This document shows positions 63,412 to 64,000 of a stretch of DNA of 64,000 nt, one piece after another (positions within the stretch are counted from its first letter, which is position 1; every line of letters begins with the position of its first letter). The DNA comes from an uncultured Gemmatimonadales bacterium (GTDB taxonomy: Bacteria; Gemmatimonadota; Gemmatimonadetes; Gemmatimonadales; Gemmatimonadaceae): positions 4,032,001 to 4,096,000 of the forward strand of contig OY969695.1 in the NCBI GenBank assembly GCA_963701965.1, given 5' to 3'. The notes under the pieces are model-generated. The model was not told where the DNA came from. It did not search any database and saw only the letters and a program-made list of their open reading frames with translations. A program made the translations under genes and the position numbers.

Positions 63412-63646
63412 GGGGAGGGGTAAGGGTCGGTGGCGTGAAGAACGTGAGCCGGTACCCGTGACGGGTCAACGTACGGCGTGCGAGATACAAAAGTTTCGTG
63501 CGGTTGTTAAGTGTCCACGTCCGATCGGTTTGGGACAATGGCACGGTTACTGGGGGGCGGCCCGTTACCACGTGTTCAGCGGTTCGTCACGAAGACAGCG
63601 GGTTGTCAAGAAACGAGTCACTGGTCGGCACAATAGCAGCGGAGCG

Positions 63647-64000
63647 ATGATGCGCGGAAGATTCGCCGGTTCATTCGCCGTGGCACTGGTCGGACTAGGG
63701 ATGCCGGCGGCACGCCAGGTCGGGGCGCAGGTCACCTGCACCACGAACCCTTGCACGATTACGGACAATGTCAGTCTGACCATCAGTTCCACCATCCAAC
63801 TGACCCTGTCGGAGAACGCGACCGTTCTCACGTCGCCGCTGACGGCGAACTTCGGGACGGTGGCCAGTCCGGGGACGACCGGCACGACGGGACCGAATAT
63901 CAGCGTCCAGGCGAACATCCCCTGGTCACTCAACGTCAAGGCCAATGCGGCCACGTTCACCCCGAGCGGTGGGTCCACGTATAACAAACCCGCGTCCGAT
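63647..64000 (+). CDS. secreted Ser/Thr-rich beta protein, pilin/fimbrial-subunit-like (3' truncated)
   Basis: Own translation: MMRGRFAGSFAVALVGLGMPAARQVGAQVTCTTNPC...VQANIPWSLNV...KPASD; GGAG RBS; frame open to the window end. Confidence 0.65.
   Translation, partial: MMRGRFAGSFAVALVGLGMPAARQVGAQVTCTTNPCTITDNVSLTISSTIQLTLSENATVLTSPLTANFGTVASPGTTGTTGPNISVQANIPWSLNVKANAATFTPSGGSTYNKPASD

Noticed and set aside
63565..63987. 140-aa minus-strand ORF
   Set aside because: It is the antisense of the + strand ORF, which has an RBS and a signal peptide.

Overview
A GC-rich bacterial chromosomal window made mostly of housekeeping genes. The gene content and order resemble Gemmatimonadota; this is inferred from gene families and not database-checked. 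It contains: the F0/delta half of a split ATP synthase operon (atpB-E-F-H); an M1 peptidase with a probable C-terminal beta-barrel; cstA/ybdD; an acyl-CoA dehydrogenase-etfB-etfA-FeS oxidoreductase operon; moeA/dacB/mobA/queD/gpmI; an L,D-transpeptidase/M15 cell-wall cluster; guaB; an ECF sigma module; late futalosine-type menaquinone genes; uvrC-like/mutM/purD; glmM-glmS-dtd; a tandem lipoprotein family; and an ABC/M1 fusion. No rRNA, tRNA, CRISPR array or transposase was recognised. The most interesting signal is a set of small palindromic DNA elements with GC-closed G...A loops. A 66-bp unit x4 at 46.0-46.3 kb shares a covarying hairpin plus an identical 12-mer (AGTTCAACCGAC) with an in-frame segment inside the M15 gene at 29.1 kb. 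A 45-bp hairpin unit x4 sits in frame inside glmM, and a GTAG-REP-like hairpin plus a 75-bp hairpin covers an acyl-CoA dehydrogenase start codon. Also notable: several +1 frameshifts at the same CATTC context (probably systematic sequencing errors, possibly at a methylated motif), several apparent non-AUG starts (ATT in mutM, CTG in dtd and others), and a catalytically degenerate L,D-transpeptidase paralog coupled to an intact one.
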